DNA of 63,948 nucleotides, filler included, from Kipferlia bialata (Eukaryota), in NCBI GenBank assembly GCA_003568945.1. It is 5 parts of 5 records of this genome, joined end to end, with 100 filler letters (N's around TTAATTAATTAA, not from the genome) between each part and the next. Parts side by side here need not be neighbours in the genome. Positions count along the whole stretch, not along the records: positions 40,608 to 55,634 come from BDIP01000213.1; positions 55,735 to 61,457 come from BDIP01000223.1; positions 61,558 to 63,948 come from BDIP01000348.1; 2 more parts are not named here. The stretch is one strand, 5' to 3'. Under the pieces are notes generated by a model. That model had not been told where the DNA came from and did no database searches. It was given only the letters and a program-made list of their open reading frames with translations. The position numbers were made by a program, and so were the translations under genes. Position 1 is the stretch's first letter. Every line of letters begins with the position of its first letter. Below are positions 49,647-63,415 of this stretch, piece after piece.

Positions 49647-52600
49647 CCGTATATATGTATATACACACTAACTACCGACCCCAGTACAGCAGGGGTACAC
49701 GACTATTCATATATATGTATATATATGTATATATATATATACATGTATATATATGCATATATATATATTCCTAACTAACCCCCAGACCCCAGTACAGCAG
49801 GGGTACATGACTATACATATATATGTATATATATGTATACATGTATATATATATATAATATACACTAACTAACCCCCAGACCCCAGTACAGCAGGGGTGC
49901 AGTTCGAATGGTGTCCTGTCTATACCAGTCAGTTACTGAGGGGTCTCTACCATACTCACCTGCCTATCTCGTACAGGATGCATACAGAAGGTATAGATAC
50001 TATGTATACTATGTATACGGTGTATAATCTGTGTACGCCCATAGTTGATGTGTGAATATCTCTCTAACCCCAAGGGTCTCTGTCTCCATAGGGTTTGGCT
50101 CTCTCTCCCTCTCTAGACGGGGTGAGCTCTTACTGTCCCTGCTTAGACTTTCTCTGTTGATGGGGGGTGATAGACAGAGAGGAGCATGGGGGGTTATGGG
50201 TCAGTATACGCAGACACTGACTAGAGTGTTGGAGAAAGAGGGTGTTGAGGGGAAAGAGAGAGAGAGAGAGACCGAGGAGGAGGAGAGAGATGCATTGGTG
50301 TCCTTGAGAGCAGAGATGGCCACTCTACACGCCAGTTCACTAGGTGGGTGTATAGTGTGTATACATATAGAATTATATGTATGGTGTATGGTGATGCACC
50401 TAACCACAGGGCTAGCAGGCTATCTAGCCGAGGGTGCTGCAGTGTACAGAACCATATCACAGTGGCCCACCACACCCTCTGAGGATAAGGGGCATGCTCT
50501 GATGGCATGTGCGAGACTGATGCTCCAGTTGGGGAGGTGAGTAGTGTGTATGTGTACTAGAGTGAATGAATATGTTCTTTGAATGCCTATATACCGTGTC
50601 CAGATCCAGTTATGGACCAGCTGGAGGTGGATGATACTAGATACATGCGTACTATGAATGGTATGCTGACCCACACACACACTCTCTCTCTCTGACCCCT
50701 CCAGCTACGAGGATGCAGCGTCTACCCTGGATGAGTGTGCATCCCTTGAGTGGTCAGGTGCCGTACCTGGTTTCAGGGAGGCCTGTCAGGCATCGGTTCA
50801 GGAAATGGTTCAGTCAGATAGGTTTGTGGCAGTAACCATTGTGACACACACAGATACAGTACCATTGGTATGTGGTAATGATGGTATGGTTAATTACACT
50901 GACACCCCAGCTCCCTTGACACCTCCGTGCATTCTGCTCTGTTCAACCCATCCGATATATCAACTGCACTGGATACACTAGATGCACATCTCAAGGGCGG
51001 AGTGTCAGGGGCTCCACGGGTGTTCACCCACCTCATGATCTTGACTGAGTTGCTGGAGACTGTTATTCAGGATGGATACACGGGTACATACTTGAGATGT
51101 CGCCTTTCTGCAGTGTATGCAAGAGTGGCTGAGATCACTGACAGTCTGAGGTATGATGTGTGTGTGTGTCATGTATATAGGTACATGTATATAGTTACGA
51201 TCACGTCTAGAGTATGTCCTCTTTCACCCTTCAGTCAAAACTCTAGGTGCCTGATTGGTTCCCCTAAGGAATCATTAGATATCATCGTTGAGTGTGAGAA
51301 GCAGGCAGTCGCCCACTACGATAGTCTTCCCAGTGTCGGAAAGGTGTGGCAGGCTTACATCTTATTCCGACTGTCTCTCTTCAGTTGTTGGTCCTCGTCT
51401 CACGCTCAGGCATCCTCTCTCGATAGTGTTCTAAGGTGCCTGAGGCATTGTCTAGTGGCCAGACTGAGAGATGGTCAGTCAGCTGCTAGAGACCCTTCCC
51501 AGTCAACTACCACCACTGGTGCGTCCACTGCTGTGCATCCCTATAGGATATATAGGGTTGTATCATGCAGGGACCATATGGTGCTAGACCGGTTGGGTAG
51601 CATAGAGTACAGGAGCAAGGGAGGGAAGAGGAGGGCCAAGAGCCAGGGGTCTCTGCCTGATGCCCATACAGTGTACAGTGACACTGCCTATCTGCTGGGG
51701 TCTACTAGCTCATCTACACCCAAGATATTAGGGGTGGGGGTGGTTGACATAGACTACACCTCTATCCTGAGGTATGCCAAACACATGTTTGTACTATATC
51801 AACGTGTCTGTTGCTTCTCATCTCATCCCAGTATATACTCAGACACCCTGTCTCAACTTGAGCACCTTCAGAGTGCCGGTGACATAGATGCCACTGCTCC
51901 CTCAGTCAAGGCCGTACTTGTATACAGAAGGGGAGAGGGGGAGGGAGAGGATGCAGACACCAACTGGTGGTATCATGCACTCAGGTATTGTAGATTCGTT
52001 GTGTTGGTCGTTATTGTAAACACATACAAGATCGCATAGTTTCAGCGATTTGCCACCTCCTTTTGTTCTACTATAATATACGTACTCAAGATACTATCCC
52101 TGCAGGACTATGCGTTCCGATATATATATGTGTACATATTCATATACAATAACCAATAACCATCGAACCAGTCTAACCCTGTAGGACTATGCGTTCAGAT
52201 CTCATCCATGCCCTTAGTCTGTGTCAGCCGAAGGGGGAGACTGATGATGCCGTAGAGCCTTGGCTGCAGACCCTAGCCAAGGATGACTCAGCCATGAGGA
52301 CACAGATACTACACATGCTCAACAGGTGGGTGGATAATGTGTCTATGTGTCTCTAGTCTCTAGTGTAGGATCAACACCCGCCGATGACACTTCAGTATAC
52401 GATGTGTAGTAGACGCAATGAATATACTTTCTATGCTAATGTATCTAATACTCAATATATATATATATGTGCCCTTACGCTCAGGATCAACACCCTCCAG
52501 CCCATGGCCACCCTATTAACAGAGGGTGCATCAGACATTACTTTGGGCAGTATGGCACCGGAGTACATGGTGGGGAGGGTATTGGGGTCAAAGGGTCACA

Positions 52601-54917
52601 AGTACGTGTATATCATATAGCAGTGTAGTGTTAGCAACCACGTTACGTCAAGAACACTATATATTATTGAGTGTATGTACATTACTGCTCTAACGAGGCT
52701 AGACATGGTTGACTGATGTACATTATTACCCTTCTGACTCTAGACTAGACATGTCCACTCTTGACTTTGGCTTTGTATCCACAGTACAGGCAATCAAGAG
52801 ACGAGGTTGGGTGCCGTCTCAGTCCATGGAGCACTATACAGTGACACCTAGACCCCAACCTGTGCCTATTATAGGGGATGGGCATGCCCCTTCAGTGATA
52901 GGCACAATTGGGACACCCACATCCCCTGCAGTATCAGTGGGAGAGGAGAGAGAGTCTCCGTCCCAACAGCCGTCCTCGCCCTCTATCTCTCCCTCCCCCG
53001 CAGCTCCCTCTCCCTCTCCCCCACCCCTACCTAAAGAGGGTGTGTCATCTACTGATGGTGAGAGTGATACTCAGGTACACTCAGTGGCCAGACAGACACC
53101 TCCAGATGTGGAGATGGCCAGTGATTCACACACTGGCTCCCCTAGCCTACTACCACATCAATCTCCAGCAGTAACTGACCCTGGCAGTACTGGATCTGAC
53201 GCTACAATGAGAATCAGTAGCAGTGCATGTACGGTTGGTGCCACTGACATTAGCAGCGTGCATACTGATCCTGAGAGTGACACTGTCTATAAGGACACTG
53301 AGAGTGGGGATGTAGTGGCACAGGTTGGTGGGGCTACATTCCTTCTGTCTAGTAGTGATTGTGACAGGTTGGCGGGTACAGAAGCCAGCACAATCGACAC
53401 AATTGACCGTGGCAGTCCTGTTGTGGATGCCATTCCTAGCTCTGTAGTGCCAGGGTCCTCAGAGGTGTCAGAGGCTGAGGGTGGGTCAGAGAGGGAGAGT
53501 GAGGATAATGACCCTGACCCTGAGCTGTCCATGGTACAGGCCACCCAGTCAGAGGGTGAGACACATGGAGAGATGGTGGCAGTTGGGGGGGAAGGAGGGG
53601 ATGGAGATGCTGAGAAGTCCCACCCATCTGTCTCTGAGGCGCAGGGAGCTGTCAGTGATGCTGTTAGTGATGTTATGCCACCACCTGTGAAGAGGGGTAT
53701 GGTGGAGACAGAGAGGGAGAGAGAGGGAGAGGGAGAGGGAGAGGGAGAGCTGGTGAGCACCGCCAATCCAGTTACAGATCACTTGCCCTCGGTCGATGCC
53801 AGTACCCACATGTCTGGTATGTGCACACATGTATATATTTGTTTCGCATCTGTTCTGTATTCTTCTCCCACACCACCTACCACATGCCCCTCAGTTCACT
53901 CCAGATGATGAAGGTGACAATGCGTCTCAGACTGGAGTCACAACCAACACCGTGCCTGGGCCTGTCTCCCTATCCCTCTCATCCTGTATCCACACGTTGG
54001 ACAGTGCTTTCTACGCGAAGCTGCACGATATGGGGGTGACATGTCTCAAGATTACACACTGCAGCCTCTCGGTCAGGTATCACATATTGAATTATATATA
54101 TATGGATATCCTATATATATTCTTTGTATATTTGTGTATGATATGTATATGAGAGTTTGTACATAACAATTTCTTTATATACCCCTCTCCCCTACCAGCT
54201 TAATAGGCGGTATCCCTTGCTAAAGTGATTTGTATATATATATCATTATGATATACCCCTCCCCACTCATCATCAGGATAGCCCCCCTCCCCCCCACCCT
54301 GACCAGACTGGAGGTATCGCAGTGTGGCCTAGACATGAGGGATATCAGCACTCTCATACTGTGTGCACCGCCTACCCTGTCAGAGCTGGTACTAGAGGGT
54401 GTGGCGGCATCAACCCCCTCCCTAGCTGACCCCTTGCCCCTGACCTACTCTGGTATCAAAGAGCTGCCGTATCCCTCAACGTGCCTAAGGCTCTCTGTGC
54501 TGTGCCTGGACGATTCACTCTTGGGTATGGCACAAACAACCATTATACATTAGTATCCACGTGTACAATTACATAACGATACTATCTGGGCACTTTCTCT
54601 GTCATTCGTATATATGTCCTCTACCCCCAGGTCCCCTCTCCGCCGTTGCCCTCAGACGCCTCGTCTCCATCGAGCATCTGTCCATGCAGCGGTGCACCCA
54701 CTCGCTGAGGGTCCTCTCTCACTTGCTGCCCAACTCTGTCACCTCGACCTGTGATCTAACACTCTCTGAAGAGAGTGATCTAGCCTATTTCTGGTCCACG
54801 ACAGAGGGGAGAGAGAAGCTTATCAATTTGGAACAGTCACGGCTGGACAGAGTCAGGGATGTGCGGAGAGCACACTTCCTGAGGGAGATTGATGGATGTG
54901 ATGGGTTGGGTGAGTGA
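47904..54917 (+). CDS. large 5'-truncated protein: helical/TPR-like N-part, acidic disordered linker, C-terminal LRRs
   Basis: TPR-like exons ([50 protein letters not shown]). S/E/P-rich exon ~52744-53816. LRR-like [46 protein letters not shown]. Stop TGA 54915-54917. Confidence 0.65.
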
Positions 54918-55634
54918 CAGTAGTATATATCTCACCTGTATGTATCCAAGTGGATGTGTATGGGTTGCGTCTGACTATCAGGTAAGTGTACAGTGGTGCA
55001 CTCTGCTCCCAACAATGACCATGTGGCTGCTGGTATAGCTGCCTCTCCCACTAATGCCAGTGGTATAGCCGCTGCTTCCGCTGCTACTCCAACCCACCCA
55101 TACACTAACCAGAGTACCCCAGTCAAGGGGAAGAGTTGAAGAAAGCAAACTCAAATGACATAATGTATACTACAGTACTACCGTACCATTGTGTAATAGA
55201 CCATTCTTATCTGAAGACTGTCAAAGTGGGGCATGGGGTGATGTAGCGGGTAGACTGACTCCGTCACTGAGGGACTTATCGGCGAACACAATAGATACAG
55301 AAGTATTTATATATCGGAACACTGACGGAGGGTAAGAGAAAAGGGGTGGAACCTGCATGTGTGGACACTGACTGCCAGGACATGCTGTTTGGTGGAGCAG
55401 TGTCATCATGAGTCAATTAACCCATTCTTGCCGCGATGGTCTAAGGGAAGACACTAGCGGCAGGGCACATTGTCACTGACACCACAGAAGGGAGCACCGG
55501 CGCTGTATACTCCATAGGCGGTGGAATGTGGTTGGAGGCAGAGTTCGACCTGCCGTTTGGGGTATAGTATATACCTTGAAGGCATGGTAAAAATAGGAGA
55601 CGGCTCCGGGATTTGCCTCCTGATCCGTAATATG

Positions 55635-55734
55635 NNNNNNNNNNNNNNNNNNNNNNNNNNNNNNNNNNNNNNNNNNNNTTAATTAATTAANNNNNNNNNN
55701 NNNNNNNNNNNNNNNNNNNNNNNNNNNNNNNNNN
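55635..55734. other. artificial contig linker
   Basis: N-run/TTAATTAATTAA/N-run. Confidence 0.99.
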
Positions 55735-55745
55735 GGTGGTGTGTA

Positions 55746-55779
<34 letters not shown>

Positions 55780-55888
55780 ATGATGGTACCACCAAGTGGT
55801 CATACAATCCGCCCAGAAGATAAAGTGGCCTGTAGCCACCAGTAAGGTCTATATACACACTTGCAGCACAGAGCACCCCAGTGCATAC

Positions 55889-55993
55889 CTGGTCGAAGTT
55901 CTCGTCTGTCACCAGCTGGTCCACAGGGTCCAGGGTCACATCCTCATCGGGAGAGGCAGTCCGGTACATGGTCTGTGACCGGTCAAACGACAT
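55889..55993 (-). CDS. early exon of a gene running off the contig edge
   Basis: MSFDRSQTMYRTASPDEDVTLDPVDQLVTDENFDQ followed by a GTATG donor. Confidence 0.45.
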
Positions 55994-56533
55994 GGTCCTA
56001 GGGGAAGGAGAGACGCTAGGTATAGAGAGTGGAGGCTCAGCGAAGTTCCGAATCACGAGTTGTGCTCTACACCCTTATGACTATTGCTATGACAAAAAGA
56101 ACAAATTGCCAATGACGACATGATAGAGAGTCTGACTCATCTCATACGATCGAGTATATGCTTCTTCCATCTATTGTATGGCACATAATGAAATATGAAA
56201 AAAGCCCCCAGACAAGTATATCTATATAGTTTGGTCTCTAGAAGAATCTTTCCAAAAGAGTCATTCGTCTACAATACTTCTCCCTTCAGGAATTCCCCTA
56301 CTGCCACACCCCATTGACCACTCTGTATGCCCCTGTATCATTGACCACAATGCCATTGATGCACTCTCTCTGGTAGACCTCCCCAATGATCATGTCTCCT
56401 CCCTCCTGGGGTAAGAGTGACCCACAACCTGAGTCTCACATAGCACTACTCTGACAGTAGGTGGCATTAGTGAATTTGTGACAGTACTGGTGCAGCACTA
56501 TACTGGTGTAATACAAGTAAGACAAGATGCATT

Positions 56534-58419
56534 TCAGTTGAATGGTCGAAGAATCATAGAACATGCCTGAATCACTGGCACTCCCGCTACGTCTTCGTAA
56601 TCTAGGGGATACACTACATCTCCATCGGGTGTGTCCAGGACTAGCCCTGTCTGGCAGGGTGTGAAGTGTGGTTGGGACAGGCATGTGAAGCCCAGACGGG
56701 TGGTCTCCTTTGTGGTATAGTTGACTCTCACCAGCTCATGATGGTGTGACACGTAGACACAGCCGTCTATGACAGGTGTCTTGGAAGACGCTTCCTGCGC
56801 CTCTCTGTTAGTGCCTGGATTTGGCGGATAGACATTAACCCGTCTCTGGTTAAGATCATCGCCAGAGATAACTATCTGAAGCATATCGTTTTCCTCACTG
56901 TAGAAACAGACCAGTGTATTACCACCCTTGGGACCGTATGACCCGTCAGACAGACGCTGATGCCACGGTTTGGGGTTTCCTTGCTCCACCGTCCTTGGGT
57001 GCTTTATCGGAGTCGTAGAACTGATATTCTCCTCAAGTACCGGAACGTTGCCCAATGGAGATAGATCCATTGACACTACATCCGTAGACCCCATACCAAA
57101 GTGGGGTTTACGACCTCCTGTCAATCCAATTAGTTTCCCCTCTGCTACACAAACAGAGTAGATGTTGGTGGCTAGAGTCAGCCACGTACCATTGGCAGTC
57201 CTGTACAGCAGGTAGTGGAGACTGGCGGAAGGTGTGTCTCTCTGAGAGAAGCTCTTTTCTTTGATGTGCACACACCCCCTGGGATGGATAAAGTAGAGAG
57301 ATCCCGCCCCGTCTCTCAGGTCGTACCGCATCACTCCCTCAGCCACTGTTGTCGGCGTGCTGGGGTCTGTGTGGCTGGTGGGGTGCGCAGCGTCCATTGG
57401 TACCCAGCGAAGACCGGTAGATACACCAGTCCCCTGACTATCTGGGTCTTGGGGGCCAAAGAGATGATATGTGGCTCCCGTGCTTGGCACTCGAAGAACA
57501 AAGGCCCCACCAGATGTCTCTATCGCTGTAGCTATCAATGTCGGTGACCTAGCTGCAGAGGGTTGCGGGTTGGTTCGGTGTGTGTACTCATCGCTCTCTT
57601 GCCGATAGCATCCACGCAGGTCTGATGGGATAGCAATAGGCACCAGCCTTGGTCTACCACACCCAATTGTCACAATGGAATCCCTCGTTGTGGTTATGAA
57701 GTTGTATATGTCTCCATTAACGAGACATGGAAGGTCGAGTCTCCGTCCGACAGAATGAATCCTTGACGAGATGTTCTCCAGATCATTACTCGACACTATC
57801 ACCCTAGGGAGCGGGACCTCACACTGCACCATTCGTGTGCCTGGGTCGGTGACGGCCTCGTACCGTGCCACTAATACAAGAGGTCCAAGTGTGTGTGTGT
57901 CGACAAAGACCCCGAGGAAGGCAAGGATAGTGGACGGGCTCAGTGACTTGATCTCACTGCCCACGGAGATGGAGAGACACCATCCAAAGCCTGAGGGGGA
58001 AATAGGTGGAGGTAAGGGCTGGGAGCTGTCAAAGTCATCACCATCGTCCAGCTGGGGAATGCACAACCTAATAGTGAGACAGTGTCAACACCTGTAAATA
58101 CTCTACAGCGAACTGAGTCTACGTTGAGAGAGGTTCTCTGAAAGACATACATAGCTATACTTCCAGAGTTGGAGTCCAACTTGGACACTCTAACACATGG
58201 GTACATGCGAGGAAAAGAACTGCCGATGATGTATTCGATAGCGTTGTAGTCGAACATACAAGAATACCAGGTGTACTGTACAACCTTTGTAACAACGCAC
58301 CTGTCTGTCAGATCTGCCACAGTGTGTGTCAGTGTCAGCCCAGTCTCTGTGTCTGGTAGTCTCACTCTCATGAGCTCCATCCCATCACCACATCTCTGTA
58401 CACTGATGTCAAGGTACAT
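56534..58419 (-). CDS. hypothetical beta-rich protein with a ~1.5-kb terminal exon; 5' end uncertain
   Basis: 510-codon open frame entered through a CCCCAG acceptor near 58052. Upstream open frame MYLDISVQRC...VVQYTW has a donor. Confidence 0.6.
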
Positions 58420-59191
58420 GGCGGACTGTGGAAGAGATAGTGGTGCTGGCCAGGTGAACTGGAGATCGTGTACAATGAGGGTATCTCTTCTCCAAATACA
58501 ATCCCAAGAGATGTGTCTATACAGCCTGTATTACAGGACACCATCAGTCAATCCGGCACAACTGCTTGAAGACATAAAGCAAAGGTACCCGTCATTAGCA
58601 GAAGGTACTGCCTCCCACACATCTAGAGTAAAGAATAACCACCATATTAGTCGAGAAGTAAATGTGCACTACACCCAAGGTCCATTCTAAATACGCTCGA
58701 CTACCGCCGCAAGTAGGGAGTCGTTTCTCCCTTTTCCTCTTACACTCATGTAAGTGTGTTATTGAGTGTCTACAGCACAGTAACCCCAGCACTAGCCTTC
58801 GACACCTCTTTCCACACTACTTCTCTTGGATTCTAACACTTCACTCTCTTCATATGTGCACCTGGTCTCATTGCTTCCACTTCTGACTCTCTCTCGGTTG
58901 GTGGCGAGTGTTGTCAAATCTGTCTGGAGCACATGAGAAGTGGGGAAGCATCTCAAAGATGGGTTAGAATAGTATCCGAGATTGAACATAGATCCATGCA
59001 TCAGTATGAATTGAGGAGTACATGCCACCATACCACGTGAGCACTGTGTTTGGACTATACATAGATTGGACATTAAACTGAACTAAGACTCGTATGAGGC
59101 TGCAGTGTACCCTACGGCCTTCAGGAGCATGTCCACTCACACAAGGAATACACACAAGGTATACACACAAGGTATACACACAAGGTATTAC

Positions 59192-60664
59192 CTATGGAGA
59201 GTGGTATGGCATCTTGCCCAGCCACTCTCTGTCCATGGCTGCAGAACCCATGAGGCCCATGTACCCATCATCACCCTGGGGTAAGTCAGACAGTTATATA
59301 CTAGACGGCTGAAGGGACAGCTGAATCATAATACTCAATGGATATTCCACCATTACCTCGCTGTCTTCCTCCCCTCTAGCCCACGCAGACATTGACCTTG
59401 CAAATCGTGCATGCCTGGGGTCACCGACTAATGGTACTAAGAAAGTGTGACGGAACGCAATTCGTGTATGTGTATGACCTAGAGGGTACAGAGAGAACAT
59501 ATGTCGTGTGCATGTCTGGTATCAGATATCACACCTGTCGTCACAGGTGGCCACTGCAGCGTATCTCTCCATGGTCTCAGCACAGCCCTCGGGGGAACTC
59601 GCCCTTCCAGTACCCTTGCCCCTGTAGGCTACAGCCTGCATATACAGGGCCTGGTGTAAGTCAATCATATCTGTATATAGATATATTGCGTAAGACACAC
59701 TAATTGCCTTCTTTTCTTGGGTTATGTACTGAACTAGAAGTGCTGAATGCATGTGTGAAGTGTAGAACACACCGAAAGTTATGATTGCATTTGAAGTGAT
59801 GGATACAACTGAAGTGATGGATACATTTGAAGTGATGAATGCACTTGAAGTGACAAATACACCTGAAGTGATGAATGCACTTGAAGTGATAATATAACTG
59901 AAGTGATGGATACACCTGAAGTGATAATATAACTGAAGTGATGGATACACTTGAAGTGATGGATGCACTTGAAGTTACAAATACACCTGAAGTGATGGAT
60001 ACAACTGAAGTGATGGTTACACCTGATGTCAGGAATACAACTGAAGTGCAGACAACACTTGGGCTAAGCAATGATTCTGGTACTGTGTCTGTAACCTGAA
60101 ACTTCTGCCACATTAAGATATGCATAGAGACAGAGAAGAACTATCTCCGATAGTACCTCTGGGAGGAAGCTCCCTGGCAGCTTCCCCGCCGCTATGTCGT
60201 GTAATATCTCTGTTGTAAAGATGACTGCCTTGGGGTGTGCCCCCAGGTCGAGGCATGCATAGGCCATGAACCACCGCACTGCCACCCTATCAGCCTCATC
60301 CGTCAGCACACTTCCACCGTTGTAGGCATCCATCACCTGGGGGGGTGGGGGGGGTTGGAGACGACAGAGAAAATGGAGATGTGCATAGGATTACATTCAC
60401 ATGCACTGCATACCTCATCCATGGCCATGGCCAGGGTCTTAGACGAGAGGGCACGCTGCAGCTTAAGGAAGCAGGAGACAATAGCTGGGGGCTGGATGTC
60501 ACGCAGCAGTCTGGGGGGAGGCACCACCAGCCTCAGGGTCACTATACAGGGACAAGTGCGTATGGCTGACACCAGTGCCGCGTATGGGTCTGTGGCCCGC
60601 CAGTTGTCAGTCTGCTGTGCCCTCTGGTGTGTGAGTCTGCTGTGCCCACTGATATGTATATATG

Positions 60665-60695
<31 letters not shown>

Positions 60696-61371
60696 TATAT
60701 ACCTGATGGGTCTGGACCAGCAGGTTGGCAAAGTAGTGGAAGGGGGGCGGGACTGTCAGTGAGTCTCTCACGGCATGCACCCTTGCCTCAAGCTCAGCAT
60801 ACTTGTTCTGCTGCCCCATCATGTGGCCTGACAGACACACATTCTGAGCCATGTTGATGTTGCCACTGTCTAGGAACGTCCACCCTACCATGACGGGGGT
60901 CTGGAAGGGTTTCAGGTCCTGGGGGGAGGGCCACGTCTCAACGACGTTGGTGTCTCGGACAGCCATGACCTGGGGGTCAGGATCATATGTGTTGCTTGAT
61001 GTCATACTGGGCGATACTACATACATATTGTATGTGTCATAATGCACCCACCTTCCCATCTGTCCCCTGCACCCTGACCTGCAGTCTGAACTGACCGTCT
61101 GGTCTGAGGAGAGGAGGGCCCAGGATCTTGGCCAGCCTGATATTGAGGTGGGAATGAGTTATCATTTCACTCTGTATCTGTACTGTACTCTATACATCTC
61201 TATACAAAAAATACATACATATTCATATATATAGTGGTATCTATCTTCATATATCTACACATATACAAGTATCACGCCCTACCTCCCGTTGAGCCGGGCC
61301 TGTGTCTTGAGACCCTTGAGTGACACAAAGGTGCTAGTTATGTAGACCTGGTTAAACATGGGCATGATAGC
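59192..61371 (-). CDS. hypothetical protein, 5'-truncated by the contig edge; 3' end uncertain (60064 or 59192)
   Basis: Exons with canonical splice sites: VMAVRDTNVVETWP..., RAQQTDNWRATDPY..., VMDAYNGGSVLTDEADRVAVRWFMAYACLDLGAHPKA. Further exon-like segments lie at 59192-59640. Confidence 0.55.
59756..60048. repeat. minisatellite, ~16 units of 18 bp (consensus TGAAGTGATGGATACAC[CT]); two units are 17 bp
   Basis: Read directly. Confidence 0.92.
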
Positions 61372-61421
61372 CTGGAGTCATATGATATGACTGTCATATC
61401 GAGAGGGGGCAAGGACTTGGG

Positions 61422-61453
<32 letters not shown>

Positions 61454-61457
61454 AGAC

Positions 61458-61557
61458 NNNNNNNNNNNNNNNNNNNNNNNNNNNNNNNNNNNNNNNNNNN
61501 NTTAATTAATTAANNNNNNNNNNNNNNNNNNNNNNNNNNNNNNNNNNNNNNNNNNNN
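61458..61557. other. artificial contig linker
   Basis: N-run/TTAATTAATTAA/N-run. Confidence 0.99.
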
Positions 61558-61607
<50 letters not shown>

Positions 61608-61772
61608 CACGAGGACGAGGAAATAGTCATGGTATGCCATATGCATGAACAATACACATCTATAAGAGTATGTACCTGTCCCTCAATGTCCATGTACATG
61701 GACTACTAGGGCATATGCATATATATATATATATATATATTACTATACTCGTATACACGTATAGATATGTAC

Positions 61773-62470
61773 CTGTCCCTCAATGTCCATGTATGCCTCG
61801 GGGATGATGTTGGGGCCGTCATCGATGGCCTTGCCGGATCCGTTGAAGGACCTGGGGGGTCAGTACTGAATATACTTCATTGATGTGTCCATGATATACT
61901 AACTGATCCCTTATATACCTTCCGAGGATGTCCTTGGACACTCCTTTACAACCACAAAGATAAAGGAATACATATTCATACATATATACCTTCCGAGCAT
62001 GTCCTTGGACACTCCAATGCGCATGATGTCTCCGCTGAACTCAATGCCTGAGATGAGACACACATTAGTAATACACACAGCCAAGATATACCATAACCCT
62101 GCTATGGGGGCAGGTACGTTCCCAACAGTAGTTGATATAGACAGGTAGATGTACATGAATGTAGACAGACTAACGTACGAGTGTCACGGGCATCAATGTC
62201 ACTGGTTCCCTCGAAGATCTGGACAACAGCCTTGTCTCCGTGCACCTCAAGCACCTTTCCGGTACGCTTGCTTCCATCACCAAGGGTGACGGACACAATC
62301 TCGGCGTACTTGGGCTGCTGAGGGTGAGAAAAGGACGTTAGAAGCTTGCTGCTCACAAAAGTGGATAAATCCCCCACCTTGACCTTCTCCAGAATGACTA
62401 GAGGTCCATTGACCGCAGACACAGTCTGGTACTGGATCTGGGGCTTGATTCCGGTGACACTGACGCTCAT
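61773..62470 (-). CDS. ATP6V1B: V-type H+-ATPase subunit B, N-terminal exons (3'-truncated at the contig edge)
   Basis: [61 protein letters not shown]...[42 protein letters not shown]. Confidence 0.96.
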
Positions 62471-62646
62471 CCTGCACTTGAAGAGCTCGGAGTCGAGCTC
62501 ATATCAGTTTTACTCCAAAACCGAAACGTATTTCGAAATCGACTCCAATTTAGCAAACCTAATTAAAACCGTCAATTGTGGTAACTAAGTTAGATTCAAC
62601 ACCATCAGTGGGGTAAGATACCAGAATGACACATTATCCCACGTGT

Positions 62647-63008
62647 CTATTTTCGCATCCTCTCTGTCAGCCTATCTATCGCCCTAACCACCTCCTGCAT
62701 GTCTGCCAGTCTGGCATCGGCAGCCTCCAGCTCCACCCTGTCTCTCTCGCTCTCCCTCCTACTCTCTCTCTCCCTCTCAGCCTTGCTCAGTGTCTCCGCC
62801 TGCAACGCTTCCTTATCCTCTGCATAGGATGTCTTGGACAGCATCTCGGCATATCTAGGGTGAGGAGTATATATATATATGTATATATATATATATTAAT
62901 ATATATATATAGAAAGAGAGAGAAAGAGAGAAAGAGAGTATTTCGTACCTATCTCGCAAGGACCTCATTTTGAGTGCCGTGCTGAGCATGTCCTTTCTGA
63001 CAGTGAGT

Positions 63009-63051
<43 letters not shown>

Positions 63052-63383
63052 ATATACACTATTAGTATATATACTCATATACATATATACTGATACATAT
63101 ATAAGAATGATGTGCTGAGCATGTCCTTTCTGAAGAGTGGTATATGTCCATGCATACTAAGAATCTTTCTACACAACCACCACAAAAACCAATAATTCTG
63201 GGGTAAAGTGATGGTGCTGGACCAATTCTTTGCCATAAATACTATTCATGTGTTAGCTATTAATTGAATAGCTATGTATATACCTCCCAGACACCAAGTC
63301 GTCCTTCAGTGCAGATATGCATGGACTCTGCCCACTGTGCAACAGAGACCAGGCAAGGCTAGGGTGAGTGGATATATACATAA

Positions 63384-63415
<32 letters not shown>

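Noticed and set aside
59756..60048. Regular repeats as a CRISPR array (also the echo arrays)
   Set aside because: The minisatellite has no unique spacers, the echo repeats are exon-derived, the context is eukaryotic and there are no cas genes.
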